DNA from: the human T2T-CHM13v2.0 reference genome, Homo sapiens
Reading direction: 5' to 3' (one strand)
NCBI RefSeq assembly: GCF_009914755.1
Contig: NC_060926.1
DNA: 64,000 bases
Part shown: one piece after another, positions 12,430-26,152 of the stretch
Layout of the letters: each line of letters starts with the position of its first letter
Position numbering within the stretch: position 1 is the stretch's first letter
Notes under the pieces: generated by a model
What the model was told of the DNA's origin: nothing
The model's database searches: none
What the model saw: only the letters and a program-made list of their open reading frames with translations
Translations under genes and position numbers: made by a program

Positions 12430-14670
12430 TTTTTTTTTTTTTACTTTTTAAATTGACAAAGATTATACATATTCATGGCTATACGGGGATGTTTCAGTAC
12501 ATGTAGATGGTGATCAGATCAGGGTAATTAGCATATCTATCATCTCAAACATTTATTATTTCTTTGTGTTGGGAACATTCAAACTACTCCTAGGTATTTT
12601 AAACTACATAATATAGTATTGTTAACTATAGTCATCTACGGTACTATAGAACACTAGAACTTATTACTCCTACCTAGCTGTAATTTTGTATCCATTAACA
12701 AATCTCTTACTATTCCTCCTTTCTCCCTACCCTTTTCAGCCTGCAGTATCCTCTGTTCTACTTTTTACTTCTATAAGATCAACTTTTTTTTTTAGCTTCT
12801 GCGTGAGTGAGAACATGTGGTGTTGAAATTTCTATTCCTGGCTTATTTTGCTTAACATAATATCCTCCAGTTCCATCCATGTTGCTGAGAATGACAGGAT
12901 TTTATTTATTCTTCTTTATCGCTAAATAGCATTCCTTGGTGTATATATACCATATTTTAAAAGTCCATTCATCTGTTGTTGGAAACTAGGTTGATTCCAT
13001 ATCTTGGCTATTGTGAACACTGTTGCAATAAACATGGGGATGCAGATGTCTCTGCAATATAATGCTTTTCTTTCCTTTGGATAAGTTCCCAGTAGTGGGA
13101 TTGCTTGAGGTGTTTCAATACTGTTCTCCATACTGGCTGCACTAATTTACATTCCTACCAACAGTGCATAAGAGTTCCTTTTTCTCCAGCTACTCAGGAG
13201 GCTGAGGGAGGAGAACTATTTGAACCCTAGAAGCAGAGGGAGCCAGATTACACCACCACTGCACTCCAGCCTGGATGGAGAGTGAGACTCTGTCAAAAAA
13301 AGTCCCTTTTCTTCATGTCTTTGTCAGCATTTGTTATTTTTGTCTCTTCCATAATAGCCATCCTAACTGGAGTAAGATGATGCCTCACTGTGGCTTTGAT
13401 TAGCATTTCCTTGCTGATTAGTGGTGTTGAACATTTTTTCATATACTTGTTGGTCATTTGTATGTCTTCTTTTGAGAAATGTCTGTTCAGAGCATTTGTT
13501 TATATTTAATTAGATTGTTGTGCTTCTTTGCTGTTGATATGTTTGAATTCCTTGTATATACTTGATATTAATTTCCTGCCAGATGAGTTTATATTTTCTC
13601 CCATTCTGTAGGTTGTCTTTTCACTCACTTTATTATTTCCTTTGCCGTGCAGAAGATTTTTAGCTTGATGTGATCCCATTTGTTTATTTTTTCTTTTGTT
13701 GCCTGTGCTTTTGATGCCTTATTCATAAAATATTTTCCCAGAGCAATGTCCTGAAGGATCTCCCCTATGTTTTCTTCTAGTAGCTTTACCATTTTGGGCC
13801 TAATATTTGGGTATTTGAGATACTTTGGGTTGATCTTTGTATAGGGTGAGAGGCAGAGGTCTAGTTTCATTCTTCTGCATATGGATATCCAATTTTTCCA
13901 GCACCATTTATTGAAGAGACTATCCTTTCCCCAATGAGTGTTCTTGGCACCTTTGCAAAAAATCCGTTGGCTGAGATATGTGGATTTTCTGGGTTCTTTA
14001 TTCTATTCCATAGGTCTATGTGTCTGTTTTTATGCCAATACCATGATGTTTTGGTTACTACAGTTTGGTAGTATATTCTGAGGTCTGGTAGCACGATACA
14101 TCCAGCTTTGTTCTTTTTGCTTAGGATGGCTTTGGCTATTCAGGATATTTTTTGATTCCATAAAATCTCTTTGGATTTTTTTTTAATTTTGTGAAGAATG
14201 TTCATAGGTATTTTGATAGAGATTGCATTGAATCTGTAGGTTGCTTTTGAGTAGTACTGTCACTTTAACAACATTCATATTTCTGATCCATGAGTGTGAA
14301 TGTCTTTTCATTTGTTTGTATCCTCTTCAATTTCTTCCATTAGTGTTTTGTAGTTTTCATTTTACCTCCTTGGTTACATTTATGTCTGGGTTTTTTTTTT
14401 TGGTAACTATTGTAAATGGGTTTGCCTTCTTAATTTCTTTTTCAGCGAGTTTGTTGTTCATATATATAAACGCAACCAATCTTTGTGTATTAGTTTTGTG
14501 TTTTGCAACTTCACTGAATTTGTTTGTTCTAAAAGTTTTCTGGTAGAGTCTTCAGGTTTTCCTATATATAAGATCATGTCATCTGCAAACAGGAACAATT
14601 TGATGTCCTCCTTTCCGATTTGAATGCCCTTTATTTCTTTCTCTTGTCTAATTACTCTTGATAGGACTTC
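12430..14670 (-). mobile_element. L1MA-type LINE-1, 3' portion (ORF2 end plus 3' UTR)
   Basis: Minus-strand ORF2p-like fragments [40 protein letters not shown] and [11 protein letters not shown]...IAKIWNQP. T-rich tail at about 12430. Confidence 0.9.
13186..13301 (+). mobile_element. 5'-truncated Alu inserted in L1
   Basis: CCAGCTACTCAGGAGGCTGAGG...GAGACTCTGTCAAAAAA, flanked by approximate TSD AGAGTTCCTTTTTCT/AAAGTCCCTTTTCT. Confidence 0.85.
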
Positions 14671-14844
14671 ACATTTATATACTTTGAATATTTAAAATGT
14701 TTACATAAATGTCAGAATCAACTTTCATTTTTCATAGAAAAAGAAGACTGTCTATTAAAATATTTCACCACAAATAAATTCCATAAGGAAAATATCTACA
14801 ACTGTTTTTATGAAAGAAAAAAAAGGCTTCTCTACAGTTGCTTA

Positions 14845-15140
14845 GGCCCGGTGCCATGGCACACACCTATAAATCCCAGCGCTGTGGGAGGCCATGGCAA
14901 GAGGATCCTTTGAGCCCAGGAGTTTGAGACCAGCGTGGACAACAAAGTGAGACCTCATCTCTACAAAAAATAAAAAAGAAATTAGCTGGCCATGGTGGTG
15001 CGTGCCTGTGGTCCTAGCTACGCGAGAGGCTGAGGAAGGAGGATCACTTGAGCCAGGGAGGTGGAGGTTTCACTGAACCATATTGACGCCACTCCACTGC
15101 AGCCTGGGCAACAGAGCTAGACCTTGTCTCAAAAAATTAA
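14845..15140 (+). mobile_element. AluJ
   Basis: Dimeric Alu with AluJ-type GAGGATCCTTTGAGCCCAGGAGTTTGAGACC. Confidence 0.9.
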
Positions 15141-15217
15141 GTTAGTTAAATTAAACATAAAGTTGCATTGTATCTAAGAAATTGGGAAAGCAGGAAATGC
15201 TTCTGTTTTTCTTTTGA

Positions 15218-15455
15218 GTTGAACAATGAGAACACATGGACACAGGGAGGGGAACATCACATACCGGGGCCTGTCAGGGGGGTGGGAGGCTGGGGGAGTG
15301 ATAGCATTAGGAGAAATACCTAATGTAGATGATGGGTTGATGGGTGCAGTAAACCACCATGGCATGTGTATACCTATGTAACAAACCTCCACGTTCTGTA
15401 CATGTATCTCAGAACTTAAAATGTAATAATAACAATAATAAAAACGACAAAAAAA
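15218..15455 (+). mobile_element. L1PA 3' end, severely 5'-truncated
   Basis: GAACAATGAGAACACATGGACACAGGGAGGGGAACATCACA...CAGAACTTAAA plus A-rich tail. AGGAAATGCTTCT occurs on both sides as a TSD. Confidence 0.9.
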
Positions 15456-15879
15456 GGAAATGCTTCTTGTTAGAACAGATTACATAACCTCATTGCTTTT
15501 TATAATAGCCTATAATAACAGAATATCCACAAGGTGGCAGTAATATATCAGTTTCATCCTCTGAAATTAAAACTTTTGCCTATTCAGTAATACAATGGAT
15601 CTTTTGAACTCACTCTAACACGTAGAATACAGCAATTTGACTTAATAATTAGCCTTTAAATTTATAGTCTTGTATTATCACTTTAGTGGTTTGAATTATT
15701 TTGTATTTTAATATATTTAAATGAATTAGTCCTATACAAATTGACTAATTTGACATGTGGAGGTGTTTTTATTCAATTTTCAGAAGTTTAGCTTTAAAAA
15801 AATTTCTAAACTTCGATATCTGGTGAGTGCCAGTGTTTTTATCTTATTAAAAGGTGACAGACCACACTATATTCAACTG

Positions 15880-16364
15880 ATTTTTTTTTTAACAAGAATG
15901 CAAAATCAGCTTAAAGGAAGGATATCTTTTTCAACAAATGGTGCTAGAGCAATTGGACATTCACAGGTACAAAAACTAAGACTGACCTAAATTTATACTT
16001 TATATAAAATTTAGCTCACATAAATCACAGGCTTAAATGTAAAATGTAATATTATAAAACTTAAAGTTGTGTATGGTAGCTCGTGCCTGTAATCCCAGCT
16101 ACTACTCAAGTGGCTGAGGTGGAAGGATCACTTCAATCCAGCAGTTAGTGGCTGCAGTGAGCAATGATGGCACCACTGCACTACAGCTTGGGTGAAACCT
16201 CGTCTCAAAAATAATTAATAAATAAATAAATTCATTAAACTTTTTAAAATAGAAGAAAACTCTTGAGACCTTGGGCTAGGCAAATAATTTTTAGGCTTGA
16301 TATCAAAAACAAAATCTACAAAAGGAAAAAGTGATAAAACTGGACTTCATTCAAATAAATAAAC

Positions 16365-16406
<42 letters not shown>

Positions 16407-16565
16407 TTAGAAAGACCCTGTAAAGAGGTTGAAAAAATGAATTACAGAGTGGGAGAAATAATTTGCATACCATATATCTGACAAAGAACTTACATCTAGC
16501 ATATGTAAAAAATTCTCAAAACTCAATAGTAATAAATAAGGTATCCAATTAGAAAATAGGCATAT
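15880..16565 (+). mobile_element. Old L1M ORF2 fragment, interrupted by an Alu monomer at about 16068-16230
   Basis: TTTTTCAACAAATGGTGCTAGAGCAATTGGACA and GGGAGAAATAATTTGCATACCATATATCTGACAAAG. Alu right-arm sequence in the middle. Confidence 0.75.
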
Positions 16566-19500
16566 GTGACCTCTCTGTATTATAACTTAAACCTCATGTG
16601 ACTACAATTATTTCAAATGAAATAAACAAAACAGTAATGCCTGTTTCTAGCATATAAAATAATCAGAGAACATAGAATTATACAAAGTTAAATTATTGGG
16701 CCATTTACTTAATTTAAATATCTTTAAATGCGTGTACCCATTTTGCTTGAAGGTGTGTGCAAGTATGCTTGTATTTTTTTAACGATAATATGGTCACATG
16801 AGCATTAAATTTATTTTTTTAAAGTTTATAGTTACCCCACACAAGTTCTTATTGATTCCCTCGTTCTTAACACCTGCATAGTATTTCATTTTATAATTAA
16901 TGGATTGTAGGTTTATTCTTTTAAAATCACTTGTGTTGTTCTCATGTTTTTTTTTTTTTCACTAGAAAGTGTTGCAATGCACAAAACTAAAAATATAAGG
17001 AGGGTCTTTTCTGGATCTCTGTTGAAAAACTTTGAATAAAAATTACAAGTTCAAATCACATGCAAAATAAACATTTTAATTAATAGGGCTTTTATGCAAG
17101 ATGTTAGTAGCAGTAGCAGCACAGTTTTATTAATATCCCTGAATCTCTCACAAAAACGGACTGAGCAACTAGGATAACAAGGTATTAACTACGACAAAAC
17201 AATGTAACAGGGTGTCATCATGGACCTTTTGTGAGGTTAAACCACAGGGACCCAGGGGAATCACCAATTTTTTTGGAAGAAGGAAAGGAAAGGAAAAAAA
17301 TGTTTAATGGCCCTGGGAACTGGAAAACCTAGATATACAAGCGCTAACATCTATGTTCCTAAATTCAGAGATTCTTAGTAGGCAAAAAGAACTCAGCAGA
17401 TTAATCTGAGAACAGCAGCTGAGGCTGGCAGAAGGCTTCCTGGGCCTCAACTCATTGCTGAGAGTGAGGATGGCATAAAGCAGGTGCTGTGAGTGGTCTG
17501 TTTCCTATGAACCCTACAAATTGACCACCCCCAAAACAAAGCCCTGTCCTAAGGAGAAACTGCAGGAAGTCAATTATAAGTTGAGTTGGGAAGCACACTG
17601 AGGCTCAAGAAAAGGGAAGCTCCAGGTTAAGATGCAAGAGAAGAAGGGAAAAGGCAGTTTTCTGCAAGTTCAAGCACAAATAATTTCTTTACCTTCTAGT
17701 TCTGGAAATACCAGGTGCTGTGTATGTAAAGCAGGAATTTTGGTTGAATATTATATAATTTTCTGACCCACTGTTACTAATCCAGTTTCCCCTGTACTCA
17801 GATCTTCCATGCTACAGACAGACCGACAGATGCTCAGCAAATAGTAGCTAATATTTTCTAGGAACCTAGGTGCTAAATGAGTTTTCTTAAATTTCTACCT
17901 CCAGGTCTGTAAGTTGATTTGAACCATTACCCGTTTCTGGTTCTGCACAGGTTGTTGAGCGCAGGACTTCTCTCCTCCAGTGGAAAGTCCACCTGCTCAC
18001 AATCAACCATCCTTTCCTGCAGCCTTGGAGACACTGTTCAGTGTAGCACCCCTCCCAGTCTAGAATAGGCACACTCATCATCAGTCTCTCTCATTTTCTG
18101 TCTTATCTCCATTCCATCTACGTACAGTTTTTGTTTTCGCCAATGTTTTTAAATACACAACTGTACAAGCACAACAATGACAACAGAAACCTTCCTTCCC
18201 CCAGTGTTGTAGTGAGCAAGGAATATATTTAACTTCAAATAAAAGACAAAAACAAATGCTGGATAAAGCTGACAGAAAGAAATGCAACTGTAGGTGCTCT
18301 GGCAATATAGAAATGATACAACTAAGAAAAATGGAAGAAAAGGAAAGAGAAAGTATTCCTCAGAATGATTTTACTGACTGCTCATCTGTAATGCCTGGGA
18401 GTCAAAGGATATTGTTTATAGAAATGTAAGCATACTTAATGGCACCAGGGGAAACAAAGTTAATATGATTAAATCAAATTGTGGGATGAAAAATCACATA
18501 GGGAGGACAAGAAAGAGAATACAGCTAATACCATTGTTCTTAGTTTAGAGACATTAGCTACTGTCCAAAGAAAGAGATGATTTTATGAAATTACATAAGG
18601 TAGCCATCAGAATAAAAGTTTAACTCTTCCAAATATCACAACATCAAAACAAAAGCAATAAAAACAAACAAGACAGCAAAAGACAGATATGTGCATATAA
18701 ATCATAGCATAATATACTGTAATCAAAATATAACCAAACACAACTTATCATTAAAAGTAAGTGGACTTGACTCTTATTAGAGGAAAAAATATTGTCAGAT
18801 TAAATCGAAAAGCAAATCTTAATTCTATGCTGGATATAAGATAAAGTGTTACAGAAAGTTTAGAAATAAAAGTATAGGCAATGAATAAAAGGATCTTCTC
18901 TTCATGCGTTAGGAGTATAAAACAGTACGTAAACACATCATACGTTTTCTGTTTTTACACTTAAATGGCTGGAGATGTTACACCACTAGTATGAATTTAC
19001 TTCAGATATATAAAGGATACACTTTCATGTGGTTAGAAACAACAATGATAACAGTTAAGGTGAAAATAACATCTGCATTGACGCTAGGAAGAAAGAGCCA
19101 TTGTTGGGTACATAGTGATCACATTACCATGGAGCAATCTGTTCCCAACTGAAATGTCCTTGCCCTTCTACTGAAATCATGTAAGATTCTGCAAAAGTAG
19201 TGTTTACTTCCTACAAATCAGCCATTTGTGGGAATGGCTGCTATTGTTGTCCACACGGAATGAGCATCAGACCTATATTTAGCTGTTGTATCATTAAGAG
19301 TCGTATTTGGCCCTTTCCAGAGGCTGTTATTTCAATTATATTTTGGAGAATTAGTCTATTTCCAGACAAATAATTTTTCCAGAACTTTGATCCATATGAA
19401 ATGACCCTTTGGTAGGGATCCAGGGATTGAGTTTATTTTTAATTACTGTAGCATCCTGGTCAGGTTGAGAAACAGATTACCTTTATATTTCCCTGGCATG

Positions 19501-19971
19501 TGAGCAGGTCTAGATTTAGCGTGAGAATGCTTGAAAGTTTATAGTTTTTTAGAAATTTTATTTACTGTGTGTCTCTTTATCAAAATAAAATCAATGCTGA
19601 AAAGCTATATTAAATGAATTATTTTGAGATGGTCTCTTCCCCCTTCTTCCAATGAGAGGATATCCACAGATATGTCAGGAGCTTGCTTTACCTAGAAATG
19701 TGTTGAGGGCCACAGGTTTGGGTTCACCTGGGAATGTTTAGGGACACCTCCCCAAGTTGTTGTTGAAGAGTAGGGTAAATGTAAGATAGAATTAGGCTCA
19801 CAGAGGCCAGATGAGAGCATCATGTCACCCCAGAAACACAGCATATACCTGGGAGATCTGTTCTCAGTATCAAAGTCTTAAGCACTGTAAGACTGCCTAT
19901 AGACCAAGACAACAACTATATATATATATAGTTAATGAAATCAGTTAATATATAAACATATATTTATATAT

Positions 19972-20138
19972 TATTTTTATTTTTATCTTCAGACAGCATC
20001 TCGCTCTGTCACCTAGGCTTGGAGTGCAGTAGTGCAATTAAGGCTCACTGCAGCCTTGACCTCTGGGGCTGAAGCTATCGTCCTGCCTCAGTCTCCTAAA
20101 GTGCTAGGATGAGAGGTGTGAGTCACCTTGCCAGGCCC
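19972..20138 (-). mobile_element. Alu monomer (FRAM/AluJ-like)
   Basis: AGACAGCATCTCGCTCTGTCACCTAGGCT...CTAAAGTGCTAGGATGAGAGGTGTGAGTCACC. Confidence 0.8.
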
Positions 20139-20902
20139 AGGGCAATAACTATGCAATGTTTATATAATTTGGAGCAAAAAATATTTGAAATATGTGTGCA
20201 TTGCTTTTTAACCTTTTCTATTGATTTACTTTATTAAATACTGAACAGAAACAATATATTTATAAAATATTTATTTTATATATACAATAAGCACATAATG
20301 AACACCTGTGTCTCCAGTCTTGGTTTAAGAAATTAAGCCAAAAGTAATCATAAGTGCTTATGATTACTTTTGAAGTCACCTGTACAACTTTTGCTGACTA
20401 CATCCCCTTCTTCAACACTCTAACGATGGCCACTGTGAGCACTGTGTATATTGAATTGTGTTGTATTTCAATACCGTGTGCACTACATTGTTTTCCTGGC
20501 TGTAGGCTATTGCATTTAGTGAGCATAATGAATTATATCAGTATAATTCACTTTTGTCATTTCATTGTTTCAGCTTTTCTGTACTAATTATTGCCAATAT
20601 ATTTCTACTGGCATAAAAACAGACACATAGGACAGTGGAACAGAATAGAGATCGCAGACAAATCTACACATTTACAAACAACTCATCTCTGACAAAGGCA
20701 TCAAGATCATACACTGGGAAAACAACAGTCTTTTCAATAAATGATCCGGGGAAAACTGAATAACTATATGCAGAAGGATAAAATTAAACCCATCTCACCA
20801 TACACAAAAATCAAATCAAATAAAAATTGATTAAAGGCTTGAATCTGAGACCTGAAACTATGAAGCTGGTAAAAAAAAAAAAAAAAAAAAAAGCATAGGA
20901 AA

Positions 20903-21145
20903 GGCTGGGCGCGGTGGCTCACGTCTGTAATCTCAGCACTTTGGGAGGCCAAGGCGGGCGGATCATAAGGTCAGGAGATCGAGACCACCCTGGCTAACAC
21001 GGTGAAACTCCGTCTCTACTAAAAATACAAAAAAAAAAAAAAAAATTAGCCGGGCATGATGGTGGGCGCCTGTAGTCCCAGCTACTCGGGAGGCTGAGGC
21101 AGGAGAATGGCGTGAAAAAAAAAAAAGAAAAGAAAGAAAAAAAGA
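20903..21145 (+). mobile_element. AluY lacking the end of its right arm
   Basis: GGCTGGGCGCGGTGG...GAGATCGAGACCACCCTGGCTAACACGG...GGAGAATGGCGTGAA, then directly an A-rich tail. Confidence 0.9.
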
Positions 21146-21454
21146 AAGCACAGGAGAAATGCTCCAGGACATTAGTCTGGGCAAAGATTTTTTTGCGTAA
21201 GACCTCAGAAGCACAGGCAACAAAAGCAAAAATAGACAATGGGATTATATCAAACTAAAAAGCCTCAAGCAAAGGAAACAATCAATAAAGTGAAGAGCCA
21301 ACCACAGAATGGGACAAAATATTTTCAAACTATCTATCTGATAAAGGATTAACAAGTAGAATATATAAGGAGCTCAAGCAATTCAATAATAAACAAACAA
21401 AAAATCTGATTGAAAAATGGGCTACTGAAGAGGCTGAGGTAGGAGGATTTCTTA

Positions 21455-21756
21455 TTTTTCTTTTTTTTCTTTTTTTGAGATGGAGTCTCGCTGTCGCCCA
21501 GGTTGGAGTGCAGTGGCGCGTTCTCGGCTCACTGCAGGCACTGCTCCCCCGGGGTTCACGCCATTCTCCTGCCTCAGCCTCCTGAGTAGCTGGGACTACA
21601 GGCGCCCGGCACCAAGCCCGGCTAATTTTTTGTATTTTTAGTAGAGACGGGGTTTCACCGTGTTAGCCAGGATGGTCTCGATCTCCTGACTTCGTGATCC
21701 GCCCGCCTCGGCCTCCCAAAGTGCTGGGAATACAGGCGTGAGCCACAGCGCCCGGT
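21455..21756 (-). mobile_element. AluY (Ye-like) nested in an older Alu right-arm fragment (about 21430-21860, + strand)
   Basis: Perfect TSD AGGAGGATTTCTTA. Ye-like diagnostics CTCGCTGTCGCC and CCCCCGGGGTTCACGCC. Confidence 0.9.
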
Positions 21757-22765
21757 CAGGAGGATTTCTTAATCCCAGGAGTTTGAGGTTACAGTGAGCT
21801 ATGATTATGCTACTGCCCTTTAGCTTGGGTGACAAAGCAAGACCTTGCTTCTAAAAACATAATAGTTAAAAATATATAAATAAATACAATTAAAAAATGG
21901 GCAAAAGATCTGAACAGATATTTTCTCAAAAGAAGACATACAAATGGCCAATAGGAAGACGAAAAAATGTTCAATATCACTAATCGTCAAAGAAATGCAA
22001 ATCAAAATCACAATGCAATATCATCTCACCTTGGTTGAAAGGACTTGTTTCAAAAAGACAGGCAAGAACAGATGCTGGCAAGGATGTGGAGAAAGGGAAA
22101 TACTAGTACACTGTTGGTGGGAATCTACATTAATAAAGCCACTATGGAGAACAGTATGGAGGTTCCTCAAAAAAGTAAAAATAGAACTACCATGTGGTCC
22201 AGCAATTTCTTTACTGGATATATATCCAAAATAAAGGAAATTAATGTATCAAAGACATATCTACATGCCGATGTGTACTGCAGCACTATTCACAATAGAC
22301 AAAATATGGAATCAATGTAAGTGCTCATCAACAAATGAATAGATTTTAAAAGTCATATACATACATAATGGAATACTACTCAGATACAAAGAAGAATGAA
22401 ATTCTGTCATTCGCAGCAACATAGGTGGCGCTGGCCATTTGGCTTAACATAATGAACATAGGCCATTATGTTAAGTGGAATGAGCCAAGCACAGAAAGGC
22501 AAATACCACATGTTGTCACTCATATGTGGGCAGTAAAAAAGTGGATCTCATGAAGATAGAAAGTAAATTGGTGGTTGCTAGAGGCCAGCAAGGGGAGGGG
22601 GAAGAGGAGATTAAGAGAAGAAAATATAAATGTATTTATCACCACTAAACTGTCCTCTAAAAATGTACAGATGGTAAATTATATATATATTTTTTAACTC
22701 AATAAGAAGTTAAAAAAATTCTGCTGTGTGTTTATAGGGCACATGTACAAGACTTTCTCTAGGGT

Positions 22766-23376
22766 TGTATCAGTTTTCTATTCCTGCTGTAACAATTTAC
22801 CACAAATTCAGTGGCTTAAAATAACACATTTTTGTAAGATTTGAGTCAGTTTTAATAAACACACACAAACTTATTGTCTTAGATTTGTTTTGGTTGAAAA
22901 TCTGGCATGGCTCTCACTGAAATAACATCAAGATGTTGGCAGGCTGCATTTCTTTCTGAAGGCTCTAAAAGAGCATCTGGGTTGTTGGCAGAATTCAGTT
23001 CCTTGTGGTTGTAGATCCTCAGTTTCTTCCTGGTTGTAAACTTCGGGTCATTCCCAGCTTCTAAAGGTCACTGGCTTTCCTTGGCTTGTGGCCCCCTACC
23101 ACTGTTTTAAAAGCCAGTAATAGCAGGCCACATCTTTCTCATACTGCCATCTGTCTGAATCTCAGCATCCAGAAAATATTCTCTGCTCTCAAGGAATTAT
23201 GAGATTAGATTGGCTCACCAAGGTAATTCAAGGTAATTTCCCCATTTCAATGCCCTTAATGGTAATCACATCTGCCAAGTCCCTTTGAACATGCTAACTT
23301 ATGTTAGCATGTTCACCTTATCTGAAGACTGGGATGTGGCTGTCTTTGGTGGGGGGCAATTATTCTGCCTAACCCA
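22766..23376 (-). mobile_element. MLT1-type MaLR LTR
   Basis: TGTATCAGTTTTCTATTCCTGCTGTAACAATTTACCACAAATTCAGTGGCTTAAA...GGGGGCAATTATTCTGCCTA. Confidence 0.8.
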
Positions 23377-24232
23377 AAGATACACAACTTGCAGATATAC
23401 AACTAGTTCATGGAGATGAAACATTTTCAAATCTACAAGAAAATGTTTTCTAAAATGAGCATTTCATATTAGACTTTCACGAGCACTGTATCAGAATTAT
23501 ATTTACTTCATAATGTTGCCAATACTGATATCAGGTATTTAATTTTCTAGCCAGTTCAGGATAATGTGAATTGTGAATAATATATTTGTTCATTCAGTCA
23601 ACAAACATTTTTTATCAGATACCACCGATATGCTGGTCAGTGTCATGGGTCCTAAAAATATAGCTGTTATTATTATTTTTTTAAACAAAGTCCCCACTGT
23701 GATAAAGCTTTTGTTCTTTGGGACAGGCAGACAGTAATCCAGATAAATAAATGCAAGGGCAAATTGGGGGAAAAATTGGAATGGAGAGCTCAGAATCTGG
23801 CCCCAGAGAAGGACAGAGGGAAAGGGGACCCAGTTCAGAATCTTGGTGCGTCCACACCAACAATTCCATGAGGGCTGAGGAGACAGAGCTGAAAGGCTTG
23901 TCTGACATCACAAGAGACAGAAAAGTGAGCCCTATTTTCATCTCTATCCTGACAATGTTCCTGGCTTGATTTCCTCCTTCCAGCAGACACAAGAATCAGG
24001 GAGCGCACCCTGATGGTAACATTTTTTTCAGGGGCCTATTTTGGGGATCCTGGTGAGAACCTGAGTCCGTCACTGACCATGGCAGCCCAGCATGGTCCCC
24101 AGTGCGTGGCCCAAGGCCAAGATTCTCTACCTCCATCCTGGAGGCAGAAGAAATGTCTGGGGGAAAATGAGAGGTTTTAGGTGTTTGACACTGGGTGAGA
24201 CCAAGGAGAAATTTTAAAGCTGTGTGTCCTGG

Positions 24233-24552
24233 GGCCGGGGGCGGTGGCTCACGCCTGTAATCCCAGCACTTTGAGAGGCCTAGGCGGGCAGATCACGAGG
24301 TGAGGAGATTGAGACCATCCTGGCTAACGGTGAAACCCCGTCTCTACTAAAAATACAAAAAAAAAAATTAGCCGGGCTTGGTGGCGGGCGCCTGTAGTCC
24401 CAGCTACTCGGGAGACTGAGGCAGGAGAATGGCATGAACCGGGAGGCGCAGCTTGCAGTGAGCTAAGATCGCGCCACTGCACTCCAGCCTGGGTGACAGA
24501 AAGAGACTCCTTCTCAAAAAAATAAAAATAAAATAAAAATAGAAAATAGAAA
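24233..24552 (+). mobile_element. AluY
   Basis: Full-length, with AluY diagnostics and 15-bp TSD AAAGCTGTGTGTCCT. Confidence 0.95.
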
Positions 24553-24932
24553 AAGCTGTGTGTCCTTTGTTTCTTCATATTTTGCAGATTTTTGATGTCA
24601 AAATATTTTCATAGTCAAAAGAGTGTTAATAAAGAATGACTTCTCTGTTATAAAAACCCTAATAGTGAATGTACTTACCAAGAAGTTAGATTCTATCTTT
24701 GGTTTTTTTGTTTTTTGCCCCGTAGTTTTTAAAAAAATAGTTTTATTGTATGGATATTCTACAGTTAGTGTATCTATTCACCTCTTGATGGACATTTGGT
24801 TTGCTTCCGGTTGTTTTTGCTATTTCAAATAAAGTTGCTACGAATGTTTGTCCAATCGTTTGGACATACACTTTCATTTGTCTTGGGCAAATAAGCAGGA
24901 TTTGAATGACTAGGTGGTGTGATATGTTTAAC

Positions 24933-25235
24933 TTTTTTTTTTTTTTTTTTTTTTTGAGACGGAGTCTCGCTCTGTCGCCCAGGCTGGAGTGCAGTGGTGC
25001 ATGGCGGCTCACTGCAAGCTCCGCCTCCCGGGTTCACGCCATTCTCCTGCCTCAGCCTCCGGAGTAGCTGGAATTACAGGCGCTCGCCACCACACCTGGC
25101 TAATTGTTTGTATTTTTAGTAGATACGGGGTTTCACCGTGTTAGCTAGGATGGTCTCGATTTCCCGACCTCGTGATCCGCCCGCCTTGGCCTCCCGAAGT
25201 GCTGGGATTACAGGCGTGAGCCACCGCTCCCAGCC
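24933..25235 (-). mobile_element. AluY
   Basis: Poly-T, GCAAGCTCCGCCTCCCGGGTTCACGCCATTCTCC, TSD GTTTAACTT. Confidence 0.95.
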
Positions 25236-25642
25236 AGTTTAACTTATAAAGAAACTGACAAAGTGGCTGTATTTCCAGCAGCAGTGTATGAGCATTCCTG
25301 TTCCTTTGTGTTCTCACCAATGTTTAGTATGGTCAGTCTTTTAAATTTTAGCTATTCTAATAGGCATGTAGCAGTATCTCATTGTGGTTTTAATTTACAT
25401 TTCCCTAATGATGAATGATGTTGAACATCTTTCAATGTGCTTACGTATCATCCATCTGTATTCTATGGTGAAATGTCTGTTCAGATCTCTACATTTGTGT
25501 TAGACTATTTGTTTTCCTATTATTGAGTCCTGAGAGTTCTTTGTATGTTTTGGATAACAAATGTATCTTCACCAGATATAGCTTTTGTAAATTTTTACTC
25601 CCAGTCTGTGATTTGTCTTTTTATTCTCTCGATAGTGTTTTT

Positions 25643-25945
<303 letters not shown>

Positions 25946-26152
25946 TCTGGACAGTGTTTTTCACAGGTCAGATTAATTTTTATATAAATCATTTATTTTA
26001 TTTTTATTATGTAAAATTTTATAATTTTTAATTTCCTTTTTAAAAGGTAAATAAAAATTTAAGTGTAATGATGCAAAATTTTGTTTAAAAGTAAATGTAT
26101 ATAAAAGTGTTGATATAGACTAAAACATTGAATAAGCAAGAAGGTAGTTAGT

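Larger units (their letters stand above)
20600..22720 (+). mobile_element. L1MA-type LINE-1 3' portion carrying nested Alus
   Basis: TACTGGCATAAAAACAGACACATAG. ORF2p C-terminal [23 protein letters not shown]...HCWWE. 3' UTR extends to about 22720. Confidence 0.9.

Noticed and set aside
17931-18059. Possible minus-strand exon (TTCTAG...CGG|GTAATG)
   Set aside because: Weak polypyrimidine tract and donor, and no recognisable protein. Not distinguishable from chance.
18200-18890. Very old L1 remnant near the ORF2 start
   Set aside because: Similarity is too faint to set family or boundaries by eye.
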